64,000 nt of DNA. It comes from Macrostomum lignano (taxonomy: Eukaryota). Where the stretch lies: positions 1 through 64,000 of the forward strand of contig NIVC01003727.1 of assembly GCA_002269645.1 (NCBI GenBank), written 5' to 3'. Position 1 is the first letter of the stretch; each line of letters begins with the position of its first letter. The position numbers were made by a program, and so were the translations under genes. Under the pieces are notes generated by a model that was given only the letters and a program-made list of their open reading frames with translations, searched no databases and was not told the DNA's origin. This document shows positions 1-12,985 of this stretch, in pieces.

Positions 1-2690
1 TTCCTCCCCTTCCCTCTCTCCTCCCCTTCCCCTCTCTACCTCCCCTTCCCCTCTCTTCCTCAACTTCCCCTCTCTTCCTCCCCCCCTCTTCTTCCTTCCC
101 TTCCCTTTCTTCCTCAACTTCCCCTCTCTTCCTTCCCTTCCCCTCTCTTCCTCAACTTCCCTCTCTTCCTCCCCTTCCCTTTCTACCTCCCCTTCCCCTT
201 CCTTCTTCCCTCTCTTCCTCCCCTTCCCTCTCTTCCTCAACTTCCCTCTCTTCCTTCCCTTCCCCTCTTCTCTTCCTTCCCTCTCTTCCTCCCCTTCCCT
301 CTCTTCCTTCCTTCCCTCTCTTCCTCAACTTCCCTCTCTTCTCCCCTTCCCTCTCTTCCTCAACTTCCCCTCTCTTCCTCCCTTCCCTCTCTTCCTCAAC
401 TTCCCCTCTCTCTCCCTTCCCCTTCTCTCCCTTCCCTCTCTTCCTCAACTTCCCCTCTCTTCCTCCCCTTCCCCTCTCTTCCTTCCCTTCCCCTCTCTTC
501 CTCAACTTCCCCTCTCTTCCTCCCTTCCCTCTCTTCCTCAACTTCCCCTCTCTTCCTCCCCTTCCCCTCTCTTCCTCAACTTCCCCTCTCTTCCTCCCCT
601 TCCCCTCTCTTCCTCAACTTCCCCTCTCTTCCTCCCCTCCCCCTCTCTTCCTTCCCTTCCCTCTCTTCCTCCCTTCCCCTCTCTTCTCCTTCCCTCTCTT
701 CCTCAATTCCCCTCTCTCCTCCCCTTCCCTCTCTTCCTCAACTTCCCTCTCTTCCTCCTTCCCCTCTCTTCCTCAACTTCCCTCTCTTCCTCCTTCCCTC
801 TCTTCCCCTTCCCTCTCTTCCTCAACTTCCCCTCTCTTCCTCCCCTTTCCCTCTCTTCCTTCCCTTCCCCTCTCTTCCTCAACTTCCCCTCTCTTCCTCC
901 CCTTCCCCTCTTCTACTCCCCTTCCCCTCTCTTCCTCAACTTCCCCTCTCTCCCCTTCCCCTCTCTTCCTCCCTTCCCCTCTCTTCCTCAACTTCCCCTC
1001 TCTTCCCCCTTCCCCTCTCTTCCTTCCCTTCCCTCTCTTCCTCCCCTTCCCCTCTCTTCCTTCCCTTCCCTCTCTTCCTCAACTTCCCCTCTCTTCCTCC
1101 CCTTCCCTCTCTTCCTCAACTTCCCCTCTTCCTCCTCCCCTCTCTTCCTCAACTTCCCCTCTCTTCCTCCCCTTCCCCTCTCTTCTTCCCTTCCCTCTCT
1201 TCCTCAACTTCCCCTCTCTTCCTCCCCTTCCCCTCTCTTCCTTCCCTTCCCTCTCTTCCTCAACTTCCCCTCTCTTCCTTCCCTTCCCTCTCTTCCTCAA
1301 CTTCCCCTCTCTTCCTCCCCTTCCCCTCTCTTCCTCAACTTCCCCTCTCTTCCTCCCCTTCCCCTCTCTTCCTCAACTTCCCCTCTCTTCCTCCCCTCCC
1401 CCTCTCTTCCTTCCCTTCCCTCTCTTCCTCAACTTCCCCTCTCTTCCTCCCCTTCCCTCTCTTCCTCAACTTCCCCTCTCTTCCTCCCCTTCCCCTCTCT
1501 TCCTCAACTTCCCCTCTCTTCCTCCCTTCCCTCTCTTCCTCAACTTCCCCTCTCTTCCTCCCCTTCCCCTCTCTTCCTCAACTTCCCCTCTCTTCCTCCC
1601 TTCCCCTCTCTTCCTCCCCTTCCCCTCTTTCCTCCCCTTCCCCTCTCTTCCTTCCCTTCCCTCTCTTCCTCAACTTCCCCTCTCTTCCTCCCCTTCCCCT
1701 CTCTTCCTCAACGTCCCCTCTCTTCCTTTCCTTCCCCTCTCTTCCTCAACTTCCCCTCTCTTCCTCCCCTTCCCCTCTCTTCCTTCCCTTCCCCTCTCTT
1801 CCTCAACTTCCCCTCTCTTCCTCCCCTTCCCCTCTCTTCCTTCCCTTCCCTCTCTTCCTCAACTTCCCCTCTCTTCCTCCCTTCCTCTCTTCCTCAACTT
1901 CCCCTCTCTTCCTCCCCTTCCCCTCTCTTCCTCAACTTCCCCTCTCTTCCTCCCCTTCCCCTCTCTTCCTCAACTTCCCCTCTCTTCCTCCCCTTCCCCT
2001 CTCTTCCTTCCCTTCCCTCTCTTCCTCAACTTCCCCTCTCTTCCTCCCCTTCCCTCTCTTCCTCAACTTCCCCTCTCTTCCTCCCCTTCCCCTCTCTTCC
2101 TCAACTTCCCCTCTCTTCCTTCCCTTCCCTCTCTTCCTCAACTTCCCCTCTCTTCCTCAACTTCCCCTCTCTTCCTCAACTTCCCCTCTCTTCCTCCCCT
2201 TCCCCTCTCTTCCTCAACGTCCCCTCTCTTCCTTTCCTTCCCCTCTCTTCCTCAACTTCCCCTCTCTTCCTCCCCTTCCCCTCTCTTTCTTCCCTTCCCC
2301 TCTCTTCCTTAACTTCCCCTCTCTTCCTCCCCTTCCCCTCTCTTCCTTCCCTTCCCTCTCTTCCTCAACTTCCCCTCTCTTCCTCCCCTTCCCCTCTCTT
2401 CCTTCCCTTCCCCTCTCTTCCTCAACTTCCCTCTCTTCCTCCCCTTCCCCTCTCTTCCTTCCCTTCCCTCTCTTCCTCAACTTCCCCTCTCTTCCTCCCC
2501 TTCCCCTCTCTTCCTCCTCTTCCCTTCTCTTCCTCCCCTTCCCCTCTCTTCCTCCTCTTCCCCTCTCATCCCTTCCCCTCTCTTCCTCTCCTTCCCCTCT
2601 CTACCTCTCCTTCCCCTCTCTACCTCTCTGCTCTCTCTTTTCCCCTTTCCCCTCTTTCTTCCCTTTTCGCTCTTCCCTCATCTTTCCTCC
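1..2690. repeat. CT-rich (polypyrimidine) minisatellite, ~19-bp units (CTCTCTTCCTCAACTTCCC / CTCTCTTCCTCCCCTTCCC), probably within a GTF3C3 intron
   Basis: Almost G-free top strand over 2.7 kb with recurring 18-19-bp units; ends just upstream of a GTF3C3 exon. Confidence 0.95.
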
Positions 2691-2751
2691 CATAGTTTCA
2701 GCTCCACCGAGCAGCCACAGAAAACCTAAATTGACTCTCCATGCCATCCAG

Positions 2752-4977
2752 GTGAGCCTCGGCCAGAGCGCCGAAGCCCTGGAGACGCTCCGCCTGCCCG
2801 CATCGGCCGCTGACTCCGCCATCGACTCCACGGCCGAGTCTGCTAAGCTGGCGCTCAATCGCTGCCTGATGCTGATGCACCGGGACCCCGCGGCCTTCGA
2901 GCTCGAGGCCTGGCGACTCGTCTTCGGCCGGCTGGAGCCGCTGTTCGCCGACCTCGGCTGCGCCAGCCTGGCCGACATGCAGGCCCTGTTCACCAGGGGC
3001 CGGAGGGCGGACAGCCTGGTGGACCGGGCCAGCAAAGCCTTTGGCCGGGCCGTGGCCAACCTCAACCCGGATGATCTCTGGGATGTGTACAGGTGGGCTG
3101 GCTATTAACTTTTTCTTTTACACGAATTCAGTTCCCTTTGACAGCTAGACAGACTCGCAAAGACCCTTCTGGACAAATCGCTCATAGACACCCCCGCAAG
3201 GAATCACCCCTGGACACCCCACAAGGAATCGCCCATCGACACCCCGCAAGGAATCGCCCCTGGACACCTCCGCAAGGAATCGCCCTAGACACCCCCTGCA
3301 AGGAATCGCCCCTAGACACCCCCTGCAAGGAATCGCCCTAGACACCCTGCAAGGAATCGCCCCTAGACACCCCCTGCAAGGAATCGCCCCTAGACACCCC
3401 CTGCAAGGAATCGCCCCTAGACACCCCCTGCAAGGAATCGCCCCTAGACACCCCTGCAAGGAATCGCCCATAGAAGCTCCCGCAAGGAATCGCCCATGGA
3501 CACCGCCACAAGGAATCGCCCATGGGCACCACCACAAGGAATCGCCCATAGACACCCCTAAGGAATTGCCCCTGGACACCCCGCAAGAAATCGCCCCTAG
3601 ACACCCCCTGCAAGGAATCGCCCCTAGACACCCCCTGCAAGGAATCGCCCCTAGACACCCCCTGCAAGGAATCGCCCCTAGACACCCCCTGCAAGGAATC
3701 GCCCCTAGACACCCCCTGCAAGGAATCGCCCCTAGACACCCCCTGCAAGGAATCGCCCCTAGACACCCCCTGCAAGGAATCGCCCATAGAAGCTCCCGCA
3801 AGGAATCGCCCATGCACACCACCACAAGGAATCGCACCTCACCCCCCCCGTCATTCGTGCCCCCGCCCCCCTCGCACGCAGGCACCTAGTTCAGCGGCTG
3901 TACGAGTCGCGTCAGTGGGAGCGGCTGGACCTGGCCACCACCTGGGCCCTCTACCATCCCGCATTCAGCGGTAACAGGCGCCGCTGCGAGCAGATCAACC
4001 TGTTGGCTCTGACCAGCGCATTCTACACCAAGTCCGTGGCCTCGGTGCTGCACATCGCCAAGGACTTCTGCTGTCGCTATCAGGACCGCAGCACCGGGCC
4101 GAACACCCTGGGCCTGGTTGCCGGCCTCACCCAGTGCAGCGAGCGGATGCCGCTTCGCATGGCCGCCCGGCTGCCCCGCCTGCGCTACCCGCTGCTGCTC
4201 ATGACCGCTCAGGGCTTCCTGCTTACCGGCAAGTACCGGCGAGCCCTGCTGGCGCTCACGCATCTGCGCCGGGTTCGCCAGGATGACCCGCTGGTGCCCC
4301 TGCTGGCCGCGTCCGCCTTCGCCTCGCTGGCCTGCCAGCGGCACCTGGCCAATCGGCATTTCTTTGTGGCCAACGCCTGTGCAATGCTCACCTGCTACGC
4401 CCAACTGCGGGCCCCGCATGGCTGCCAGGAGGTTGCCTACAATACTGCCAGGTACATGAACTTACCGCCATCATCGTCTCCCTCATCCACCATCACCGCC
4501 AATCACCCTCTCCCTCACCCACCATCACCGCCAATCACCCTCTCCCTCACCCACCATCACCGCCAATCACCCTCTCCCTCACCCACCATCACCGCCAATC
4601 ACCCTCTCCCTCACCCACCATCACCGCCAATCACCCTCTCCCTCATCCACCATCACCGCCAATCACCCTCTCCCCCTCACCCACCATCACCGCCAATCAC
4701 CCTCTCCCTCACCCACCATCGTCAATCACCCTTTCCCTCACCCACCATCATCTCTCATCGCTCCCGCAGGATTCTGCACCGCCTCGGCCTGTTGCGCCAC
4801 GCCGCCGCAGGCTACGAGCGCGCCCTGAACGCCCAGCCGGAGGGCGAGACGGCCGAGCAACGGCAACGGAACGATCTGCGACCAACGGCGGCGCACAACC
4901 TGCTGGTGCTGTACAAGTCTGTTGGGAACGAGGCCATGGTGTCCCGGCTGCTCAGGGAGCATCTGGTTATTCACTGA
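2752..4977 (+). CDS. GTF3C3: General transcription factor IIIC subunit 3 (TPR protein), last three exons; 5' part lies outside the window
   Basis: Exons ~2752-3092, 3882-4451, 4770-4977 with GT-AG introns and consistent phases. The spliced C-terminus GCQEVAYNTAR-ILHRLGLL...YERAL...DLRPTAAHNLLVLYKSVGN matches the TFIIIC102 C-terminal pattern (CQESFYNLGRGLHQLGL...DLRRDIAYNLSLIY). Confidence 0.85.
3190..3835. repeat. 27-bp intronic minisatellite (GCAAGGAATCGCCCCTAGACACCCCCT)
   Basis: About 20 tandem copies between GTF3C3 exons. Confidence 0.95.
4460..4760. repeat. ~32-bp intronic minisatellite (AATCACCCTCTCCCTCACCCACCATCACCGCC)
   Basis: Fills the last GTF3C3 intron (4452-4769). Confidence 0.9.
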
Positions 4978-5063
4978 TTAATAACCATGCGGGAAGTGCC
5001 TTTTGTGGCTTGAAATTAAACTAAAAAACTTACGTAGTAAAAGGTTTTTATATTTGTCTTAGA

Positions 5064-6145
5064 TCTACCAAGTTAGAAGAGGGTGTTTATCTGTGTTTAT
5101 AATCTACCAAGTTAGAAGAGGGTGTTTATCTGTGTTTATAAGCTACCAAGTTAGGAAAGGGGTGTTTATCTGTGTTTACAATCTACCAAGTTAGAAGAGG
5201 GTGTTTATCTGTGTTTATAATCTACCAAGTTAGAAGAGGATGTTTATCTGTGTTTATAATCTACCAAGTTAGGAAAGGGGTGTTTATCTGTGTTTATAAT
5301 CTACCAAGTTAGAAGAGGATGTTTATCTGTGTTTATAAGCTACCAAGTTAGAAGAGGATGTTTATCTGTGTTTACAATCTACCAAGTTAGAAGAGGATGT
5401 TTATCTGTGTTTATAAGCTACCAAGTTAGAAGAGGATGTTTATCTGTGTTTATAAGCTACCAAGTTAGAAGAGGGTGTTTATCTGTGTTTATAAGCTACC
5501 AAGTTAGAAGAGGATGTTTATCTGTGTTTACAATCTACCAAGTTAGAAGAGGGTGTTTATCTGTGTTTATAATCTACCAAGTTAGAAGAGGATGTTTATC
5601 TGTGTTTATAATCTACCAAGTTAGGAAAGGGGTGTTTATCTGTGTTTATAATCTACCAAGTTAGAAGAGGATGTTTATCTGTGTTTATAAGCTACCAAGT
5701 TAGAAGAGGATGTTTATCTGTGTTTACAATCTACCAAGTTAGAAGAGGATGTTTATCTGTGTTTATAAGCTACCAAGTTAGAAGAGGATGTTTATCTGTG
5801 TTTATAAGCTACCAAGTTAGAAGAGGGTGTTTATCTGTGTTTATAAGCTACCAAGTTAGAAGAGGATGTTTATCTGTGTTTATAAGCTACCAAGTTAGAA
5901 GAGGGTGTTTATCTGTGTTTACAATCTACCAAGTTAGAAGAGGATGTTTATCTGTGTTTATAATCTACCAAGTTAGGAAAGGGGTGTTTATCTGTGTTTA
6001 TAATCTACCAAGTTAGAAGAGGATGTTTATCTGTGTTTATAAGCTACCAAGTTAGAAAAGGGTGTTTATCTGTGTTTACAATCTACCAAGTTAGAAAAGG
6101 GTGTTTATCTGTGTTTATAATCTACCAAGTTAGAAAAGGGTGTTC
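5064..6145. repeat. 39/40-bp minisatellite (GTTTATCTGTGTTTATAATCTACCAAGTTAGAAGAGGGT) downstream of GTF3C3
   Basis: About 27 tandem copies with few variants. Confidence 0.95.
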
Positions 6146-6919
6146 ATCCAATAGAGCTTGCTAGTTTAAATCGTTATTATTTCCTATATAATCTGTTTCT
6201 GCTTCAATTTTGCCTGACAATTGCATTTTGTACTAACAGCAACTGTTTGTAAATACACTGCGCGCAAACTTATTTTTGCATTGCGGCATAGCGAGTTCGC
6301 TTGCTCATTATTATTCAATGTGCGCTGGCGTAGCGCGGCTAATCCTTTCTGTGAACTCAAGTTTCTGCTTCATTCAACTTTGTCGACTGCTTGCAGCAAA
6401 TGTGGGGTGTCTTCATGGCCTATTACATGTCATCCTGGGTGTCCAAGGTTTTTAGTTAGTTTATATAGCTTATAGCACACACACAAGCACACAGATGCGC
6501 TCGCACGTGCACACAGGGTGTTACAGCGGACTTACACTTGGTGTCTGCGCCTGTGTTTTTAATTTACTGACAGAACAGATTTCTGGTTCATTGAGTGCGC
6601 TTTGGGGATGCGCTCTAATAAGGGGAGTGGATGGGCGCTGGGTCTCGAACCGCAGCTTGTTGATGATCCACCACCAGAAGTCGAGGAAATTCAACGGGGC
6701 GGACTTCTTTGATAGGCCAAGATTTTCGTGGAGATTTCCTTGGCCACACAAACATTCATGAGCGCTACTCATGCTCAAGCTGGAACGCATGTAGAAGGGA
6801 AGCGAAACTTATCTATCAGCGTGTCGTTCAGTCAAGCTTTGGATTCTAACCTCCAGCATCTGATAACTCTAACATCAAGTCAGTCAAGCTACACGAGTGA
6901 TACATTGTTTTACCAAGGA

Positions 6920-7530
6920 CGACTTAAGTAGAAGGACGAGAAACCTCGTTTCTTATAAAAATTTTAAAGGCAGGTTTTCCGAAAAAAAATGGACTACGGA
7001 GATAGGAAGCTTTCATTTTTCAGCACAAAAATTGTTATTGCTTTTGATAGGAGGCAGATCCAGTGTTCATATTTTGATATGTTCTGCCTTTCTTATTGCT
7101 CTATCGATATTCATGAGCTTTTCATTTAGACAATTTAGATTCTATGTTAATTTTTTATTCTACGTACATTTCATGTGCGTAAAAATCCTAAAAATGCATG
7201 GCACATCTCGACTCTGGTTTTATAAATCTATTTTATCATCTCTGTTACACATTATTATTGCTCAGACAGCTAAGAATCATAAAATAGATTCATAAAACCG
7301 ATGAGCCGAGCCGTGCCATTTTTTTAAATGGTTTTTAGTCACAGGGCATATGGAATTCTGTGTAGAATAAAACATTAACATGAATCCTAATTTTCTGAAC
7401 GAAAAGCTTTATGAATATCGATAGAGCAATAAGAAAGGCACAGCATATCAAAAGATGATCACTGGATCTGCCTCCTATCAAAGCAATAAGAAACGTTGTG
7501 TTTCTCGCACATTGCAAAATTAGAATCAGT
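6920..7530. mobile_element. Probable non-autonomous DNA element (MITE-like) with ~100-bp internal inverted repeat; related partial copy at ~53765-53990
   Basis: 7030-7125 is the inverted complement of ~7400-7490 (TTGCTTTTGATAGGAGGCAGATCCAGTG...). The same sequence recurs in direct orientation at 53870-53990. Ends and TSD are not resolved. Confidence 0.55.
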
Positions 7531-7965
7531 TTGCTCGTGTTGCTGTGTTTGACACCTAGAAAATAAAATGAAGTCCAACTGGTCGAAAGCTATTCAGCTG
7601 CAGACCGCAGACTTGATTTTTCTGTTTTGAATTTGAAAAGAAAGTTAAAAGTTCAATATTCGATAGAACAAGCACTTGCTTCTATTTAAATAGCAAACAC
7701 TTGTTCAACACGTCAGCAAAAATTGGGAAATCTGCCGGCAAACACCTAGATTCGGCAGGTGGTCAAAGTCAGCCGAAAAGCAACTTCGCTGTCATGAAGC
7801 TCTCGATCTCGAGTAAGAAACTTCGCAAAAAATCTGCAAAACTGCCAGCTCAGCAAGTTGCCAACCTGCAGGTGAGATTGCGACCGCCTGCCGAGATGCC
7901 AGGTCCGGCGACAGCATAAAAGCGGGCCAGTTTTGATGCCGAAAATCCAATCTAGTCGCCACTGA

Positions 7966-9261
<1,296 letters not shown>

Positions 9262-9529
9262 GAGAAGAAACAGCCGTCGTGTCAGACGTACCGCCAGACG
9301 GGATGAAGACGCTGTCTCGCTGGCTGAAATTTGTTCGTGAAATTGATTACTTTTCGGGTTTTGGTGATTAAAACTTGTCGTGATATTTGTTGGTGTTTCG
9401 GAAATATATAAACTCTTGTCTACTTAACGATTCGGTTGACTTTTAGTTATTTGGGGTCTTAAGTATAATATTAACTGTAGGGTCCCTGTTAGGGTCTCTC
9501 TAACTGTAGGGTCCCTGTTAGGGTCTCTA

Positions 9530-11254
9530 TTAACATGTATGGTCCCTGTTTACAAAAGAATAATTGATTACATACAGAGGATTACATTTCTTTTTAAATC
9601 TTTTAAAGCATACCCGAGAGTATGTAAGCTGCAAGACTTACACGAAAACACACTGTACCGAGTGAAAAGCGGAGAAGGAACGAGCGAAGGATGGATGCCA
9701 GAGCGCGGCCTCAGAGAAGGGTGCCCCACGTCACCGGTTTTGTTCAACATCTATCATCAGGCGTGGAGAAATAACAGGAACACCGATCATCAGTATCGCA
9801 GAGAGAGAGAGAGACAGGAAGAAGCGAAAAGATCTGGGGTCGTGTGTTGGATTGAGTGAAGTTGGCCCCCGGGACACTCATTACCACCGCAACACAGGTA
9901 CCAGTACAGCTCGGAGAACCAAGCCCACATGTTCCAGACTTCTCTCTTCGCGGATGACATCACCCTAATCGGGAACCGCGGAGAATTGCTGGCGGTCTCG
10001 AAACAACCAAAAAGCCGGCTTTCGCAGGCACCGGAGCTGCAAAGAGCAGATCAGCCGCATTTGCCAAGACATTTTCGACGGACTAGAGGCTAGCCAGTCA
10101 CTGTGCAGCATCCTGGCATTGCTCGACTTCAGCCGCGCCGATGACAGGGTGTAGCGCCGGGCTCTTTATGCCAGGCTCCTAAGAATGGTCGTCAGCCACC
10201 GCATGGCCCAGTGGATCAGGGGATTTCTCTGCCAAAGACGCGCCCGAGTCCGCTGGAATGCCGCCCTCAGTTGAGAGAGAAGTTTCCATGAAGGTCTCCC
10301 ACAGAGCAGCGTCATCGCCTCGACGTTATGGAACGTGTACGTCAATGACCTGGTCGAAACCGTTAACCAAGTGGCCCCGGGCATTGGCATCAGCGTCTAT
10401 GCCGATTACAGCGCGCTGCTGAGCACAGCTAACTCGCTCCACCGCTGTGCCGATAACCTGCAACCGACCCTGGACGCGGTACACACCTGGTGCGTCACCT
10501 GGAAGGTCGAGATGAGCCCATCAGTGATCCCATCAGTAGCATCAGTTGAGGGTGAAGATCGAACGAGCACATCTCATTCGGATCGGCCACGTGTTACGCG
10601 TGCCAGACGAGAGGCAGACTAAGAGAGCTGTAATAGGCTGGTACAAGAAACTGGAGGTAATCAAGAAGACAACGGAAGAGTCAAACAGTGAATTTCTGGA
10701 AGAGACTGCTACGGGAAGCAGGAATTGAGCCAAAGAGAGCAGAGAGATTCACACAAGACCGGAAGAAATGGAAATCCACTGTGGAAATGAGAACAAAAGA
10801 GATACAAGAATGGGAGAAAAGTCGAGCTAAGAGGATCAGAGGGGAAAGGGACGACAATCCGCGACAGAGGTCCCATCCACCGGAAGAAACAGAGAAGAAG
10901 CCGGAAGCGAAACCTGGAGACAGACAGAAAGAGAAAGAAGAGAGAACGGAGTTCAAATGTGAATATGAAGGGTGTGATAAAGTTTGTAGGAGCAAAGCAG
11001 GGCTTGCAATACATGAAAAGAGAATGCACCGCGTGAAGGGCATGCAGGTAATAGCTCGTAAATGTCGAATATTCAAATGTAACAAATACAGCAAAACCTT
11101 CGCACAAGAAGCAACGATGAAGAACCATAAAAAGAGTTGTAGAGGAGAACGAGAGGACAGTGGGAAGACGGCGTGCGAGAAGTGTGGGAAGAGAGTAACG
11201 ACGTGCAACCTGGCAAGGCACCGGAAGGCGTGCGGGAGAAACGAAGTATTGTAG
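9530..11254 (+). mobile_element. Decayed non-LTR retrotransposon (LINE) composite: RT fragments plus C-terminal C2H2-type zinc fingers
   Basis: GLREGCPTSPVLFNIY and LFADDITLIG RT motifs (9700-9970). A second, different RT fragment (LWNVYVNDL...VYADYS, 10100-10520) intervenes. Then IGHVLRVPDER and CEYEGCDKVCRSKAGLAIHEKRMH-type fingers (10688-11254); AAG/AAT tail at ~11405-11447. Confidence 0.75.
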
Positions 11255-11649
11255 GAAACGCAGACCACTCCACCAAGGAAGTGTCGAGTGAAAACGAAGA
11301 GCTATGATTTATGCGGAAAGAACCTACGGCAACCAACATGGCGAGACACCAGAGGACATGATGCGGAGGGCCCTGAGGGAGCCAAGCCGAAAGGCGAAAA
11401 CGGCAAGAAGAAGAAGAAGAATAATAATAATAAGAAGAAGAAGAAGCAGTTAAATATGAAGCGTCGCTCCTTCCTTAACTTCGTGATTTGCAGCATTGCT
11501 AACATCAACGTCAGGCTCCTATTGGACATGGCTCAAGAGTCAACATAATCAACGAGAAGACCGTGAAACGCCTGGCAAAGCAAATGGTCATCGCGCCGAC
11601 CCGAAGCAGCTGTTCTCGTACACAGGCTCTGCAGTTGACGTGCTCAGGA

Positions 11650-12221
11650 CACCTGTATAACTTTCGCCGACACATTTTCAGACAGATCTTCCGACACTTT
11701 TTTACGACACTTAAAATGTCGCAAAAAGTGTCGGAAAAGTGTCGTAACAAAAATTTGAAGCAGTTGAAGAAACAGTTCTTGTATCATGTTCCCATGAAGG
11801 GATCTTTTAAACAGGGAAACAGGGAAATGTTTCTCAAATCACAAACTTACATTTAATGGTTTGATCTACTATATTTATCTGACTGAAGATTAATTTGAAT
11901 GAATCTGTCATGTACTACAGGCTGCTGCGTAGTGCGTACTTAACAAACATACATGTTAGCTTACATGAATAGTACGAGCTACATGTACATCCCCTAGCTC
12001 TAAGAAGCAAAATTTTAAGTGTCGGAAGATGTGTTGGCAGAATTTAACCATACGACACTTTTTCAGACACTTTTTGCAGCATTAATTTAAGTGTCGGAAA
12101 ATATTTGTCGGCGAATGTCAACTGTTACGACACTTTTTTTCGACACTGCAACATTTTAAATGTCATAAAAAAAGTGTCGGAAGATCTGTTTGAAAATGTG
12201 TCGGCGAAAGTTATACAGGTG
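11650..12221. mobile_element. MITE-like element with ~105-bp terminal inverted repeats (CACCTGTATAACTTTCGCCGACAC...)
   Basis: 11650-11755 is the inverted complement of ~12115-12221; no coding capacity; no TSD found. Confidence 0.7.
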
Positions 12222-12239
12222 CTGCACCAGGATGTGACA

Positions 12240-12985
12240 CCGACAGTTGAGCCGCGTGAAGGACGAGCTAAGCGAGATGGAGGCCGCAGGTGTCATCGAG
12301 AAGATGGATGCCTCTCCCTGGGTATCCAATCTAGTCGTATTTAAGAAGAAGAATGGCGACCTGCGACTTTGCGTTGATTTGCGCAACTGCCACAAAGCAA
12401 TCAACGCGGATAACTTCTCCATGCCAACCCAGGAGGAGCTGGCCGCCGAGTTCGCAGGCGCGCAGATCTTCAGCAAGCTAGACTTGAAGCAAAGCTACCT
12501 GCAGATCTCACTGCAATTCCGCAGTAGGAAGCTGACCGCGTTCATCACTCATTGTGGGCTCTACCAGTTCATGAGGGTCCCGTTCGGCATGTCTATTTCT
12601 GTTGTCTGTTTTCCAAGCAATCCTGTCAACCATTTTGGCTGACATGAAGGGTGTCCGACACTCTGCATGGACGAAATCGTCAATCACGGCGTCAACTCGG
12701 ATGAGCACGGCAAGCGGCTTCAAGCGATGCTCGAACGTCTCAGTGAAAATGAACAAGGAGAAATGCCAGATCGGCGTCCCGGAGATCGTGTTTTTGGGCT
12801 GCAGGATTTCAGCCGATGGAAGACGGGCTCCGCATCACAGCGCCGACGACAGCACGGGGCGTCTCGTCATCTTGTCAATCTTCAACTATACTTCTCCAAG
12901 TTCATACCCGACTTCGCGAAGATTGCGAGACCACTGCGAGAGCTGTTCAAGAAGGACACCGCCTTCCACTGGACGAGCGCGTGAA
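12240..12985 (+). pseudogene. Gypsy-type LTR retrotransposon reverse transcriptase fragment
   Basis: SPWVSNLVVFKKKNGDLRLCVDLR, FSKLDLKQSYLQI, YQFMRVPFGM and a degenerate 'CMDEI' at the YxDD position; several frameshifts. Confidence 0.85.

Noticed and set aside
152-2480. Multiple E/R/G/K-rich minus-strand ORFs
   Set aside because: They are translations of the purine-rich strand of the CT minisatellite, which lacks stop codons by composition.
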